DNA of 52,207 nucleotides from Lama guanicoe. Taxonomy: Eukaryota. The stretch lies in the NCBI GenBank assembly GCA_013239625.1, contig MU053520.1, positions 842,530 through 894,736 of the forward strand. The letters are read 5' to 3'. Numbering within the stretch: the first letter of the stretch is position 1; the number at the start of each line of letters is the position of its first letter. Shown here piece by piece: positions 27,363 to 41,559 of this stretch. The translations under genes were made by a program, and so were the position numbers. A model generated the notes under the pieces. That model made no database searches. It saw only the letters and a program-made list of their open reading frames with translations, and was not told where the DNA came from.

Positions 27363-27585
27363 CAGTGGTTTTCAACTTGTAACCATTTTGCTTCCGGGGC
27401 ATTTGGTAATGTCTGGAAGCATTTTCGTTTCTCAAAGCTGGGTGCAAGGGGAGTGGTGATTCTGGTTTATAGTGGGTAGAGGGCTGGAGAATGCTGCTGC
27501 TAAGCGTCCTACAGTACACAAGACGGCTTCCCACAACAAATAATCATCTGATTGAAAATATCAGTAGCATAGTTGAGAAACCCTG
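27363..27585. mobile_element. MER20 hAT-Charlie DNA transposon
   Basis: Termini CAGTGGTTTTCAAC...GTTGAGAAACCCTG; internal GGGCATTTGGTAATGTCTGGA and CCCACAACAAATAATCATC; 8-bp TSD CTGTAG(G/A)A at 27355-27362 and 27586-27593. Confidence 0.9.
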
Positions 27586-29139
27586 CTGTAGAAGAACCTA
27601 GCTGTGATGAAACCCTTTCCCTAAATGTGTGGCTAGAAAGGAAAAGCTCTGCAGATTAAAATGACCAGATTTGGTACACATCAAGGGGTGCACAGCTGAG
27701 TAAATCTAATGGTAGCCACTCATTAGTCTTTTTCTGCTGCATTGATGTGTAGATTCAAATGGTTTCTAAGCCCTTAGACCTACTGGGGGTTGGGGGTGGG
27801 GGTGATGGGAGAAATTTTCTTTAAGAGACCCTGTGTGAGAGTTTAGAGTTGAGAAAGATTTTATTTTTAATCTTTGGGTTGAAATTGCCAAGTACTGTGC
27901 ATCCTGAGAGTGATAAAATAAAGTGTGTATGTGTTGCATAAGCATTGGCTTTGTTAACTATGGTGTGTTTAAGCTTTTTTCTTCTCACTCTCTTTCCCAA
28001 ATTTTGTGCTAACATGATGCACATAAAAAGGCTTCCTGCAGACAAATTAGGAAATTAGAGTGAGGAATAAGTCAGCAAAGTAGTAGAAAAGTTCTGTCCT
28101 GAGGAGAGGGCATATCCCATAAAGACCTCATAGGTAATGTGAATATCATTGCCTGAGATAAATTGTGTAAGAAGAAAATTTCCCTGACTCAGGGGTCACC
28201 AAGCCTATTCTTCCATAAGAAGCAGCAAATAATCTAAATATAATCTAATACATGTCTACTTTCAGCAAAACTATTTATGAAATGCTATAACAAAATCATT
28301 AAGGATCTTTTGGTTCCAAGTCTAGCAGTTCGAAACTCTTTACTGAAGAATAAAGCAGACCGTTTTGCAAAGAAAGTAAATGGAAGATTGAGAACCTTTG
28401 AGGACACAAAAAAATTGTGCCCAAACTCTGTTATTACCTATTCTTTTCAATTTTTTTTTCCTCTTAAATTGCAAAGGTCTCACTGGCAGAAAGAAAAACT
28501 AACAGATAACTAACCAGAGAACAGAATAGTAAAGTCCTAGCAAAAACTTTCAGATTTCCTTCTGGTTTCATCAGGATCATCAGAAACATATGGTCTTCAG
28601 TAATTAGCCAATATTGTGGCCTTTAAACATACTTGCCCTCTGCTGCTTTATCTATGCAGGTGAAGCTATATATTATTATTAAACAAAGCAGAACTTTGGA
28701 ATTCTGCCCTCCTTTAGTGTCTGATGATCTTCCCTTCAAATTGAGGTGTTTTTAATCATTATTTTTGTAAGCAACAAAAAAGTATGGAGTTAAGACTCTT
28801 ATCCAGGTTAAGAATAAGAGTTTAAGACTAGTCTGAAGAATCCAGTCCCAGTTTTATTATATAGATTTCTGTAATTTCAGCCAGTAATTTAGCCCCACTG
28901 AGCTACTTCCTTCTATGGGAACCAGGGTAATTACAGCTCCTTCAAAAGATTGGAGGATGGTTTTGTTTTCTTCCTTTTCTTTCATCTTTTATGCCAAGGA
29001 CTAGTGCTTAGCTATTATTCTTAGTACTGTCCTTGTCCTGGTTCTCCTGCCACCCTCACACTCTATCTGCCCTCCTGTCACATACAAAAGTTTGAGGAAC
29101 CTACTAGGAGCTTCAACATTCTGATTATCAATAATATCA

Positions 29140-32100
29140 TTTTTTTTTGCATTTTATTTTTAAAGAGGTACAACATACACTGAAGTGCCCAAATCTTAAC
29201 TCTACAGTTCCATAAGTGTTTACAAAGTGAATATTTCTATATAACCACCACACATATGCACACATAGAACTTGGCCAGGATCCCAGAAGCCTCACCCCTT
29301 CCCTGCATCAAAGGTAAGAACTATGCTGACTAAAATCATCATAGGTGTTTGGCTCTTTAGGGAGAAGGTGTTCCTTTTTCATATGAATGGGATCATATAC
29401 TAGATACACTTGCATCTTTATTCTGTTTCTTTTAATCAGAATCATCTGTGACCTGTCAAAGGGCAGGTGCATTGTTCTACAGTGTTTCACTGCACAAATA
29501 CTTCATAATTTATAAAATTTACCCAGGATGGAAAATTGAGTTATTTCTGTTTTAAACAATTACTAATGATGCTATGAACATTTTTACACATGTCTTTTGA
29601 TTCACATTTGTATGTTAAGCATAGTTAGGAATGGAATTCTTGGATCCATAATATGTGTACATTCAGCATAATAGGTCATGCGAAGGAGTTTTCCAAAGGA
29701 TTTATACCAATTTTATACAAACACCAGCTTTTTACAAGAAATACAGGTCCTCCATAGGTTTGCCTATACTTAGCATTGTTATTTTTAGAACACTAATTGT
29801 ACACCTTCTGATGTGTGTGCAAAGGTATCTCATCATTCTTTCAATTTGTTGTTTTTTTTTCTCCTGGTGACTAATGTTGAACATCTTTACATACACTTAT
29901 TAGTCATTTAGCCATTCATTCATTCATGTGAATTCTTCTTTAGATATATGTATTGCAAATATTTTCTGCCAGTCTGTGGAATGCACTCTCTCAATGGTGT
30001 CTTTTGATGATCAGAAGCTTATAGATTTAGTAAGTTCAACTTACCAATTTTTTTATTTAATAGTTAAGCCCTAGTTAATACATTTCTATTAACCCCAAAT
30101 CACAAAGTTATTCTCCATTGATATCCTCTAAAAAGTATTGTTTGGGCTCTGATTGGAGCCAGGGGCTCCTCACCTGCAGTTCTCCAGGGTCAGAGGCAGA
30201 AGGGGCTAATTGTAAGACCAGGGGGAGTGGGGCTAAGGCCATAGGGATATGGGACTTCTATCAGTCTGCAACTGGGGCCATGTTTGGCAAACCTGCCTCT
30301 AGCTCATTGTCCTGCCTTCTCAAAGTGGCTTTCTTTAGTTTTGGGCTTCAGTGGAGTTTTACAGTCTCCTATCTGAATCCCAAAGCTCCTATAAAAAAAA
30401 GACATTTTTGTCTGTACATGGCTGTCATATCATTTTTTATTGGGAGGGACATCTTGCTGACCCCATGAGTCCTTCTTACCCAGAGTTCTTCTTATGGGGA
30501 AAATTTACAGATTCAGTGTATTCAATGGACACAAGATTATTCAGATGTAGATTTAGTAAGTTTTGTTATACCAGCTTTAATAAATGGTATTAATTCATTG
30601 TTATAAATTTACTGTACTTATATTTAATGCCCATATTATTGGTTTCAAATTTTTCATTCCTGATACTAAGTTGCACCTTTCCTTTTTTCCTTAATCAGAT
30701 TTGTAGTATGTTTATAAATTATAATGGTCTCTCTTGGCCACTTTATTTTCTCTATTGTATATTTACTTTTTATTTTATTAATTTCATTTTTCCTTCTTTA
30801 TTTTAATTTCTACTTTCTCCAGCTTTTTGAGCCCAATACTTAGATCATCAATTTTTCAGCTTTTCCCAATGCTTTTAAAATTATAAATTCTCTTCTAAAC
30901 ACTGATTCATCTACATTCTAATGTCACATTTTATTGATCAAAAAATTGAATACTCAAATATTCAAAACATTCTTTTTTCTTATTTTTATTTATTTTATGA
31001 ATGTGTTTTTTTTTATTTTGTATTTTTTTTAACCAATGTGTTATTTTAAAGATTGCCATATGCCTGTGATTTTTAGGTCAAGTTTGTAAACCTTGTTGTT
31101 CAAATCTTCTTTAACACTTAGTGAGTTTTATTACTAAGAAAGATATGAAATTTTTCAACTTTGATTGTAGGCTTATTTATTTTTCCTTTTAGTTCTGATG
31201 ACAGTCTTCAGTTCATATATTTTGAGACTATGTTATTAGTTGCATTTAAATGTAAGGTTGTTGTATACTCTAGTTGAATTCAGAGTTTTAAAATTATGAA
31301 GTTTCCATCTTTTTACAAATTTTCTTCACCTCAAATTCTTCATTACCTAATATTAGCATAGGTATAATAGTTTTTCTTAAGTTTATATTTCCATGGTATG
31401 TATTTTGCCATTTTTTTCTTTTGAATCTTTTTGTTCTTAATAGTTAATGTTTATTTTTCATAAGTAATATAAAGTTGGTTCTAATTCATTTTGTTTTACT
31501 TTAATCCTGATTATAATCTCTGTCTTCTAATTAGAGCATCTCCACCATTCACAATTAGCGTGACGCCTGATATCTTCAGGTTTATGGCTATGAGACTATT
31601 ATTTGTTTCCTATTTATCCACTCTATATTTATTTTTCCCACGTATGTCCTTTTCTTTGTATCAATCAAGTTACTTTTATATTACTATTTATTATTTTCCC
31701 TCTAATTACTTGCCATTTATCTATTCTGAGGCTCTTTATTTATGATCACTTTGGAAATTGTAGTATACATTCTTCCTATTAAGTTGTATTTTTATTTCCT
31801 TCTAGAAATGAAACTATTTAAATGTGTTAACTCATTATTTTTTCTCAGCTTTAATTTCTTTCATTTGATTGTACATATATTTCTATGTTTTTAATACATC
31901 ATTATAGACAGTGAATATTCATTTCAATTACTCATTTGTTTGTTTTTCTGGTGTTTTTAATTCTTTCTTACTTTATCATCCATCCATTTGAGATCATTTT
32001 TCTTCTAAAATAATTCAAATATGTGAACATAAGAGCAGATTTATTGGTGAAGCATGCTCTTAGCCTAAACATTTAGTCACTATTTCATCTTCATTTCTGA

Positions 32101-33545
32101 AATGTATTTTTGTTGTTTGTAGAATTTTTGGTTGGCTATTATTCTATTTTTTTAATTGAAAAGACTTCATTATTTTGTTTTATTCATCCTACCATTTTTA
32201 TTAAAAATTAACTGTCCTTTGAAGGAATCCATAAGTTTTTCTACTTGCCTCGATTATCAGCACTGTTTTTTCTATGAAGTAATAAGATGTGGCTTCCTTT
32301 TTTATTTATCTTTCTTGTGTTTAGTGGAAATTTTTAATCTTGTCACTTAGGTTTTTTATTTTTGACCAGTTTTGGAAAATCATCAGCCTTTATCCCTCCA
32401 AATACTATTTCTGTTTCTTTCTATTTCTTTCCTCTTAGGGCTCTAATTACAAATATGTTAGTAATTTTCATTGTGCTCTACATATCTCATATGTTTTTAT
32501 TTAGTTTTGATTCATTTGTCTCCAAATACTTCAATCTGAATATTATTTAATTGACCTATCTTTCATTTTACTAAAACTCTATTTTCAATTATTAAACATA
32601 TGCATTAAATTTTAAAATTTCAGCTTTATTCACAGTTCTAGGATTTCCATTTGACTCTTTAAAAACTAGATCTCTGTTCTTTGGGGACATCTGGCTTACT
32701 TGTGGCCTTTTAATTGTCTTTCTTACTTGTCACTTTCAGTTATTTGGTACTTTTTGGTAGCACCTCTAGGAAGTTTTGGTTAAATGCTAAACATTATTTA
32801 TGTGATAATGTAGACTCTCTGGATGATATTATGTTCCTTCAAAGAGGAATTATTTTTCTTTCTGAAGACTCATAAAGTAAAGGCATATCAGATTGATCCA
32901 TAGTTCTGGTTTACCCTTAATTTTAGAGTGTAGCATGTCTGACATCTTAACTGAAATTCTCTACCTTTCTGAAAACTGTCTTCTCATAACTGTGACTTTA
33001 CAAAATTATCTGCTAAGTTTTTGTCTCTTTTTAATACTCTTTTTAATTCCTTTATGTTTTTTTTTCTCTTTTGAGTATTGTTCTGTACACACACAACTTT
33101 AGCATTAGCAAACATCTGAAGGAAAATTTGCACACAGAATGCATGTCACTTCTCTACGGTCCCCTTTTCTCCAGAATCAGTCCTGTCATATTTAGTAGGC
33201 CTGAACTTCAATCCTAGACTATGATCCCGTGTCCTTGTGAGGCTGCACCAATGTTTACGTGGCTATTGCTTTGTTTGAGCTTACTTATCACATTCAGAAT
33301 TAAATGCCCCAAGGGGGAAAAACAGCAATGAATGTAATTACCATCTAAATGTAGTTCTCTTTTCCCTGTGATCTTATTTTTTTTAATAGCTTAGGTTTTT
33401 AATATATTCAAAGTTCTGCATCCATCACCACAATTAATTTTAAGACATTTCACTACCCCTCAAAAAACTCTGCACCCCTTAGTCATCATCTCCTAATCTC
33501 CCTAACCCCCAGCCCTAAGTAATCATTAATTTACCACTATCTCTA
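29140..33545 (-). mobile_element. Highly degraded ancient L1M fragments, interrupted by an unidentified GC-richer block at about 30140-30465
   Basis: T-rich plus strand with L1 reverse motifs (AATCTTAACTCTACAG, GGAATGGAATTCTTGGATC, TATTGCAAATATTTTCT, TTGGAAAATCATCAGCC, CCATCACCACAATTAATTTT). Boundaries approximate. Confidence 0.7.
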
Positions 33546-36170
33546 CGGCTCTCTGCAGTTTTGACCCTTTATGCCCTGACTTCTTTTTTGTTCTTTGACC
33601 CTCTTCCTAAACTGTTGTATTTTGGTATTTTATTCAAACTTTTGTCCCCTTAGTAAGACAGTTTGTTACTCTAATTTGATGATTTGTTGATATAAATAAC
33701 ATAAATAAGATTTATGTATTTTATATATGACTTTGTAGATAAACTGCATATCAATAGCATTTCTTATAATAAGTTCTAATAATCAAGCTCAACCAAATGA
33801 ATGAGAGTTTTGTTCTTTGTTGAAACTTAGGAAGTAAAGGAGAACAGCACATCAGCATAGGTACCTAAGGGTACTTGTTGGAAAGTGGATAAGAACTACA
33901 GGATAATGTTCACTGTATCATTTGCCATATATATAGTCATTAGTGGGGTTTTATCTAGTTTTTGCTTATCTTTTGCAGGGCACAAATGATGCAAAGTCCT
34001 GAGAGCAATTCACCTATGGATTTTCTTAACTCTTCCGTTAGAACGGCTGTGTAAGCAAACTTATTTATGTTTGTGTGTATGTGTGCACTTATACACACAC
34101 AGTTTTACATGTATAGTTACATATTTTTCCTATGGATTCTGAAGAACACAACCTAATATGTCTCTTTCAGTCAAAAAGTCACTTGCTTGCTAAGTAGTCT
34201 TAGTATGATTTTTTGGTTGAGTCGCCATTCTTCCTTAACAAGTATACATTTATATTTTCACTGATGATACCTTTTTTTTTTGAGATTATGCGTGGTACTT
34301 GAATTGAGTTCAAAACACACAGCATAAAATTTAATATGAGCACTAGAAAATAAGATATGATGTAAATGAAAAAACTCAGAAAATAAATCAATTTGCTCCA
34401 CGAAAAGAGAATTTCTGACAGGTCACACAGATGCCCTGAAGTTAAAAGGGAGGCTTGTAAAGTAAATTAATGCTTTAACAAGATTGTTCAGAAAATGTCA
34501 GCACTCTTAAAGTGAGAAAAATAATTTCAGTACTCGGAAACATTCATTTGCACACAAAAAGTTGACATACTAATTACAAGCTATGCTTATCTATTAATTA
34601 AAGTAGCTTTTCTCCATTCTTGTAGTGGAAAAAATTGCTGCATGAACTTGCAATTGATAAAACTGCTTTTAAAATATTGAACTTAAGGTTTCATAATTTC
34701 AAATTCTCCTTCCCACATTTAATCTGTGATAGTAAGCTTTTACACTATAATTCTATTGTTTTATCAGTAGTTATTTTTAACAATCTACATAATAAAACAG
34801 TATGAGAGCCATAGAAAAATATTTATGTACTGGTTAACTGAATGAATGAATGAATTTTTTACTTTGCAATTTGATTATTGATTTAAAATGTCATTTTAAT
34901 AGCAGAAACACATTTTCTAGCATGTGTTCTAGCTTAACAAACAAGTCAAAATTGTTATTCCAAGTGTAAAATATTATCTTCAAAGCAAACATATCATTTA
35001 TGAAGTTTTTGTGCAATCCTTTCTGTTCTCCAAAAGAGCAACGGCTGATAGAAAATCTTAACATGTCTTTTTTTTTTAAATGTGATTTTTTTCCCCTATT
35101 CAAGACATATCCTTTCTAGTCTTAAATAAGAATAACCTCAGAAATTAAAAGGAAAAGAAAAACACAAAGGATTTTAGTGGCTTACAGAAGATATTGAACC
35201 AAACCAATAACTGAAGGTAAAAATTGGACAGACTCAGGCGGCCTTCCTTGCCTGTGTGTTTGAGGTGGTCCTGAAGAAGAATGCAGCAGCCACCCAATCA
35301 GAGCTAGAATACAAGGGCTTAGATGGTAACAGAGGAAATTAATGGAATGATCAGGAGGGGAAAAATGGGAGAAATCATCGAAGCAGCAAGTACAGAGGGT
35401 TTTACCCTGAAATAACTGAAAATAAAAGTCACAACATGGTACCATTTAATACACTACGCTGAGGCTTAAGTTTGTTGTGAGGTCTCTGAGGACAGGAAAT
35501 GGAAGACTGCTCTGGGCCACAAAAGCAAATCTAAGTTGTTTATCTTACGCTGACTATCTGGACACGGTTCTAAGTGCTGACACTGGAACTAACTGGGCTC
35601 AGTGATCAACAGTGCAGATTTAGAGTCAGCTCTTTTGTGTTTGTTTAAAGCTTTGTCACCTCGTAGCTTTGTGACTTTAAACAGGTAATTTGACCATCTG
35701 CATTTTTCACTCTTTCCAAATCTGTTAAAAAAAAAAGCCTAAAAAATACAATACTAATCATACAAAGTGGTTTTGGAAAATCAGCATAAAACAATGTAAT
35801 AAAATACAATTTTACTGATAATCTTCTATGTACTAGATGCTGAAGACAGAAACATGGCTGTATAATTGTCCCTGCCTTTAAAGGGTTTATCATTTAAGCA
35901 GGAAGACAAAACCTTGTATAACTGAGAAATGTATTTTAAAATGTGCTATCCTATATTAAAAAAAATGCAATGGGAACATAAAAGTTGATGGTTAATTTAG
36001 CCAAAAGGGCAGGGGAAAACTTCACAAAATGATTCATCCCTAAGTGTGAAATAAGGAGGGAGAAACGTGGTAGACCTAAAATAAAAGGATGGATATTCAA
36101 AGCAGTAAATACACCGAACACTTTGGTGTTAAGTAAATGAAAATCAGCCAGAACCTGGTTCAACACTGTC

Positions 36171-36275
36171 TTTCTTCCTTTCTTCCTTTCTTCCTTTCTT
36201 CCTTTCTTCCTTCCTTTCTTCCTTCCTTTCTTTCTTTTTTTTTCTTTCTTTCTTTCTTTTTTCTTTATTTCTCTT
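36171..36275. repeat. (TTCCTTTC)n/(TTTC)n pyrimidine microsatellite occupying the tail of the adjacent L1
   Basis: Direct reading; immediately precedes an L1 3' end. Confidence 0.9.
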
Positions 36276-36479
36276 TTATTTAAATTGAAGTATAGTTGAT
36301 GTATAATATTATATAAGTTACAGGTATACAGTATAGAGATTCATAATTTTTGAAGGTTATACTCTGTCTATAGTTATATTTACTGTTCTCTCCATGCTGT
36401 GAAATTTATCCTTTTAGCTTATCTTATGCCTAATAGTTTATACATCTTTATCTCCTACCCCTATATTGCCCTTTCCCCT
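36276..36479 (-). mobile_element. 5'-truncated L1 3'UTR fragment
   Basis: AATTGAAGTATAGTTGATGTATAATATTATATAAGTT..CCTAATAGTTT..CCCTATATTGCCC. Candidate TSD TG(T/C)CTTTCTT at 36167-36176 and 36480-36489, then AA. Confidence 0.8.
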
Positions 36480-36675
36480 TGCCTTTCTTAATAAATTGGG
36501 CTCCTTGAGGGCAAGGACCGTTTCTTATTCAGTTTATATCATTAGCATCTCCCAGGATCCCTGACACTTTATATGTATTCAACACTCATGTGGGGGGAAT
36601 ATTTCTATTTTTCCATCAATTTCACCTAACTAGAATAGGATGGAAAGTATAGCTGTCTTTGTTTTTTTTTAAAAA

Positions 36676-36902
36676 NNNNNNNNNNNNNNNNNNNNNNNNN
36701 NNNNNNNNNNNNNNNNNNNNNNNNNNNNNNNNNNNNNNNNNNNNNNNNNNNNNNNNNNNNNNNNNNNNNNNNNNNNNNNNNNNNNNNNNNNNNNNNNNNN
36801 NNNNNNNNNNNNNNNNNNNNNNNNNNNNNNNNNNNNNNNNNNNNNNNNNNNNNNNNNNNNNNNNNNNNNNNNNNNNNNNNNNNNNNNNNNNNNNNNNNNN
36901 NN
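36676..36902. other. Assembly gap (N run)
   Basis: 227 N. Confidence 1.
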
Positions 36903-39900
36903 ACACAGCCAGTGAACATAGGTTACCTTGCTCCTTGGGTCCTTAAATCATTGTAGGATTTTACCACCACCCTTTAGGATATGGCTCAAAGGGAAGAGGA
37001 CAAGGATCACACCTGTCCCTCTCTTGTTTCCTCCCATTCAGTAGCCCTTGGGATCTTATTCTAGCAGGCAGGCAGGACAAACTCTGTTACTAGAGAATTT
37101 ACTTTATGCCATGAATCCCATAGGTATATATTTTAGAAAACCAAAAACTTGCCTTCTTGCACTTGTAAAAGTCTTTTCTTGCAAGATCATAGTCATTATT
37201 GCCAGTTCCAAAAGTCTTCATAATATTCAAAAATGAATATTGCCCCATTTCTTTTTCCTTGATTTTCTGTGTTAATAAACCTCTCCTAAAAAAGTATAAT
37301 TCCATAATTTCCTAGCTGCTAAGATAGGGACTGGTAGCAAAGAAAATGTGCTTGAAAGGTGAGGGCAATGAAGGAGAAGGTGTCGATACAGCAGCCAGTA
37401 ACTCAGTATATTCCTGCATGTTCCCTTTTTCTCATAGGAACTCAAGGACTGAGGGAAAAGATGATAAGACTCCCAGTGATTCCTGTGTTCTGAGTACCCG
37501 AAACAGAACCCAGTACACAGGGGGAAATTAGTATTTGTCAGTTAATGAATTGTACATAAGGAGTTTCAAGTATTTCCATACATTGGCATACAACATTACC
37601 ATTCAGAAAAGCATTCAGAGGCAGAAAAGGGTCAGAGGCAGAAATCTGAGCACATAAATATTTATGGACAGGATAGTGGAAAATTCTCAGTGAAGGAAAA
37701 TAAGAAGAAGAGGTCAGAAAAATAAAAGAAAAACCGGGAGAGGAGGGGGAGCAAGTAGTACAGAAAACATGGGAAGAGAGAAATTAAAGGGGAAAGAGTA
37801 ATTTACTATTTTTTTTTAAGCAGTGATAGAATAGAATAAGGACTTAAGAGCAGGTTGGTGTTTTGACAATTTGAAGGTCATAAATATCATTTGAGAGATC
37901 AGCTTGAGTAAAATGGTTGGTCCAGAGTCATTTTGCAACAGGTTAAGGAGTCACAGATCAGCCTAGATAATTAGTGTGAAAGCACTTCATAAATCCTGAA
38001 CCACTTTACAAACACAATCAGGATATACAGCTGGTTAGATTCAGGGCCTGGCTGTTGCTCATTCACCAAACTTTCTAAATTCATCTGTTGTTTTTGTTGT
38101 TGTTTTTTCATCAGGCACGCACTTCCTAGGATTTTTGCAGGGTATGTTATAGACAGTGGAGAACTCACGGAAGCAGATGTTAAGTTTTAACAGCCTTTTT
38201 GTACCTTTACCAAATTTTCTTCCATGATATGCCCCAGATATTATAAAAAAATAACACTATCGTTAAACAATCTCCAAACACTCTCTACTCTTTCTCCCAT
38301 AGCTTCTTTCTGTCGCTGACAGTTTAGCAACTTCACCTGAAATTCTTGAAAACTTCCGACTTGTTTAGGCAAAACTGATACAAATTTGAATATGACCATA
38401 TTCCATCCATGAAACTTGGAACACAGGCCATCACTTCACTTCCCTCAGAACTGGATCCAATTGCATTACTTCCAATACCTCTCTTTTCTTGGCTTCTCTA
38501 TCCCTAATTTCCATTTGCATAGATCCCCTGTCAATCAAGCCAGCTTACTAGCCATTACATGGATTTAAAATATAATTAATCCTATTCTTAGAGGTTTCAT
38601 TCTCTGACCTGAGCCCACACTCCTCAAAAACCTTATTGTGACTCTCCTTGTAATGACACCTAATTGTCAAAACATTAATATAAAGGTATAAAATAAGCAG
38701 CTTTAAATTAGTTATATTTAAAATGATTCAGAAAGAAATGGATTGAGTATATTAATGTGTTTTTTAGAGAAAGACATTACTAGATATTAATATTTTAAAA
38801 ATGCTGCTACCGTTTGAGATTTTTCTACCAGAACCTTGCAACTTATCTGTCCAGCACAGATTATTTATGAAAAAAAAAAAATCAAATGAAATGTTATAGT
38901 TATTTTTCCTGGAGAAACAGTGACATCTATTGTTCAATATATAAAATGAAGTTTAAAATTCTAAAGCACTGCCAGCCTTTTTCTACGGTGAGTTTCAGAA
39001 CAGTGATAACTTTCCTAAATTTACTGTTTTAAAAAAACTAAGAAGTGATATCTAGAAATTCATTTTTAGTATAAAATCAAGTCCAGCAGATTATTTAGGA
39101 TTGTGAGCACTTGGTAACTATTCAAAAGGCCTAGGATCTGTCTAGTTGCTAAAAATAGGGAGAGAGAAAAATAAGCCAATAGAAATATGGAATACAGTTC
39201 TTAAATTTGGCTGCACATTACAATACATGTATTTTTCTCTTCACAAATCATTCAGATACATACTATTGAAATCTGTAAAAGCTCAAACTGAATTCTGAAT
39301 TTAAGGCAAGTTTCTGTTCTCATTTTGCCTCTGTTGTTAACTAAATCTACGTATTTGTAAAGTTGTTTACCATCTTAGCTACAGTTTATTCTTTATAAAG
39401 GTGTGGGGCTTGAACTGAAGATGATCAATTTCCTTCTGGCTCTTACTTTCCCATAAGATGTTATTCACAACCATTCGATGAAGCAAAAATTTCAACAGTG
39501 AGTCTCTATCTAACGAGTCTCTTTCTAAAGAGAGTAAAAAAAAAGAAAAATAGTTGAGATGGTTTAGAGGAAAGGGAGTTTAACTTTTGTAAGGTAACAT
39601 TTATTAGATATAATTTTAAAAAAATGATTGGCCAATTCAATGAAAATGATTATACTTCTGGTCATGTGTGAATACAACATTAATATTAATATCAATTATC
39701 ATCAATCAGCAATAAAAGAAAAACCCAAAATATGACCCTTTAAAGGAAACCGAACATGACACTACAAGCATTTTCCAGTATATGACATGGTCGATAATGT
39801 TCCAAAGGACTAGAAACCAAAATCCTGTTGTGACCTCAAAATGCTTCTGAGCAGTGGTTTAATCTGGATTGTGAGATGCTCGATTTTCTGGAAGCTCTAG

Positions 39901-40884
39901 GGATTGCTAAATCCTGGTCCCTGAAGCAGTATTTTCTTCTACCATCAAAATATTGTACTTTAACTTCTAAAATAACAAAAAGTGATCAAACTGATAAACA
40001 TTTTGGGGAAAAAAATTAGCCTTTGAAAATATAAGGCTTAAAAAGTGTAATACTGGAGAATAACCAAAAAAACCAAAAAAACAAAAAAAGAAAGAAAATT
40101 AACAACTTTTGTTTAGTTTCTTTGCCCTCTTAAAGTTCTCTCCTTTAAGTTAAAATACATGCATCCTACACATTCATTTTTTTTCAGTAAATATATTTGA
40201 GCTTGTATTACATGATAGCTCTCAGTTGAGTGTTTACTGGCTTCTCAAAGCCTTTTTCAAAAAACATCGTAGAAGTCTTTGATGTTTATTTATGTGCGGG
40301 GAGGTGGGAGGTGTCAAGAGAGAGCATGCAATCCGAGACAGGCCCTGATAGAACGGGGGTGCAGACCCAGATAGGACAAGGGGTGCAGACCCAGAGGTCT
40401 ACTCCCAGCTCACCTTTCCCCTCATGTCAACTCCTTCACTGCCGTGTCCCTCTCTCTGGCCCTGTACTCAGGTAGAAAGGCTCGCTGTTGCTTTCTACTC
40501 GCAGACAAACGTGAAAGCACCCACCAAGGCTACCATTTCCTGGTCTGGGAGCGTGTGGAAACATCTAACGATCTCATGACATCTCCTCGACCTCTGCTGA
40601 GGCAGTAAGTCAGTCAGGGAAATACCTGCAAAACAGGAGTGGGAGGCTCAGCGGTCACCTGGTCAAGTCCTCAAGGACATACACGTGCAGGCAAAGAGCA
40701 TTTGAGGTCAGAAGCTGGGCAGCTCAGCTCTATCTGAAGCACAGGGTGTATGGAGTCTGGTTTCGTATCCTGCTGTCTCCAAATATCTCCTTGTCCCTTA
40801 TTTAACAAATTTACTATTCACTTCTATTTATACGAAACTTGTTAATTGTATCAATATTAACCAAAATAATATAGACAAAATTTC

Positions 40885-41117
40885 AATTGCTGTCATACAG
40901 AGTTACTATAAACTTAGTGGCTTAAAAAATGCACACATTTATTATCACCAGATTCTGTAGTTTGCAAGTCCACTGTCACTGGACTAAAATCAAAGTGTTG
41001 GCAGTGTTACGTTTCTTTCTGAAGGCTCTAAGGGAAAAAATCTATTCCACTGTCTTTTTCAACTTCTAGAGTCCATCTGCATTCCTTGGCTTATGGCCCC
41101 CTTCCTCTATCTTCAAA
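40885..41117 (-). mobile_element. MaLR LTR fragment (MLT1C/D-like)
   Basis: AAACTTAGTGGCTTAAAA..ATTTATTATC..AAAATCAAAGTGTTGGCAG..GCATTCCTTGGCTTATGGCCCCTTCCTCTATCTTCAAA. Confidence 0.8.
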
Positions 41118-41179
41118 CGTCGCATAGGGATCAAGTACATCTTTGGGGAGTATTTAAAATGGTAAAAACATTAACATAG

Positions 41180-41380
41180 AGTAGGAGTAATCCTTACTTG
41201 CTTACTTCTCTGGGACTCTACATACATTATCTTACTGAATTTTCAAAACAACTCAGCAAGTTAGGCGATATTATTCAAAGCAAACTTTTTTTTTTTAAAT
41301 GGGATCTCAGGGAAGTTAAGTAATTTACCCCAAGTCATATAGGTTATATATGTTCATTCCAGGATTTGAACACAGTCTAC
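41180..41380 (-). mobile_element. MIR (degraded)
   Basis: CTCAGGGAAGTTAAGTAATTTACCCCAAGTCA..AGGATTTGAACACAG. Confidence 0.6.
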
Positions 41381-41559
41381 ATTCTCTTACAAAGGCAATA
41401 AACCAATCTAAAATTAAGAGCTATATTTTACAGGAAGACATGTCACTAACATGAAAAAGTTTAAAAATCACAACTTTTCAGATTTAATAATTTGCTTAAA
41501 AGTCTGAATCTTAATCTATACCTGGCATGTTCATGCCTGCTTCTCCTAGAAGCACTCTC

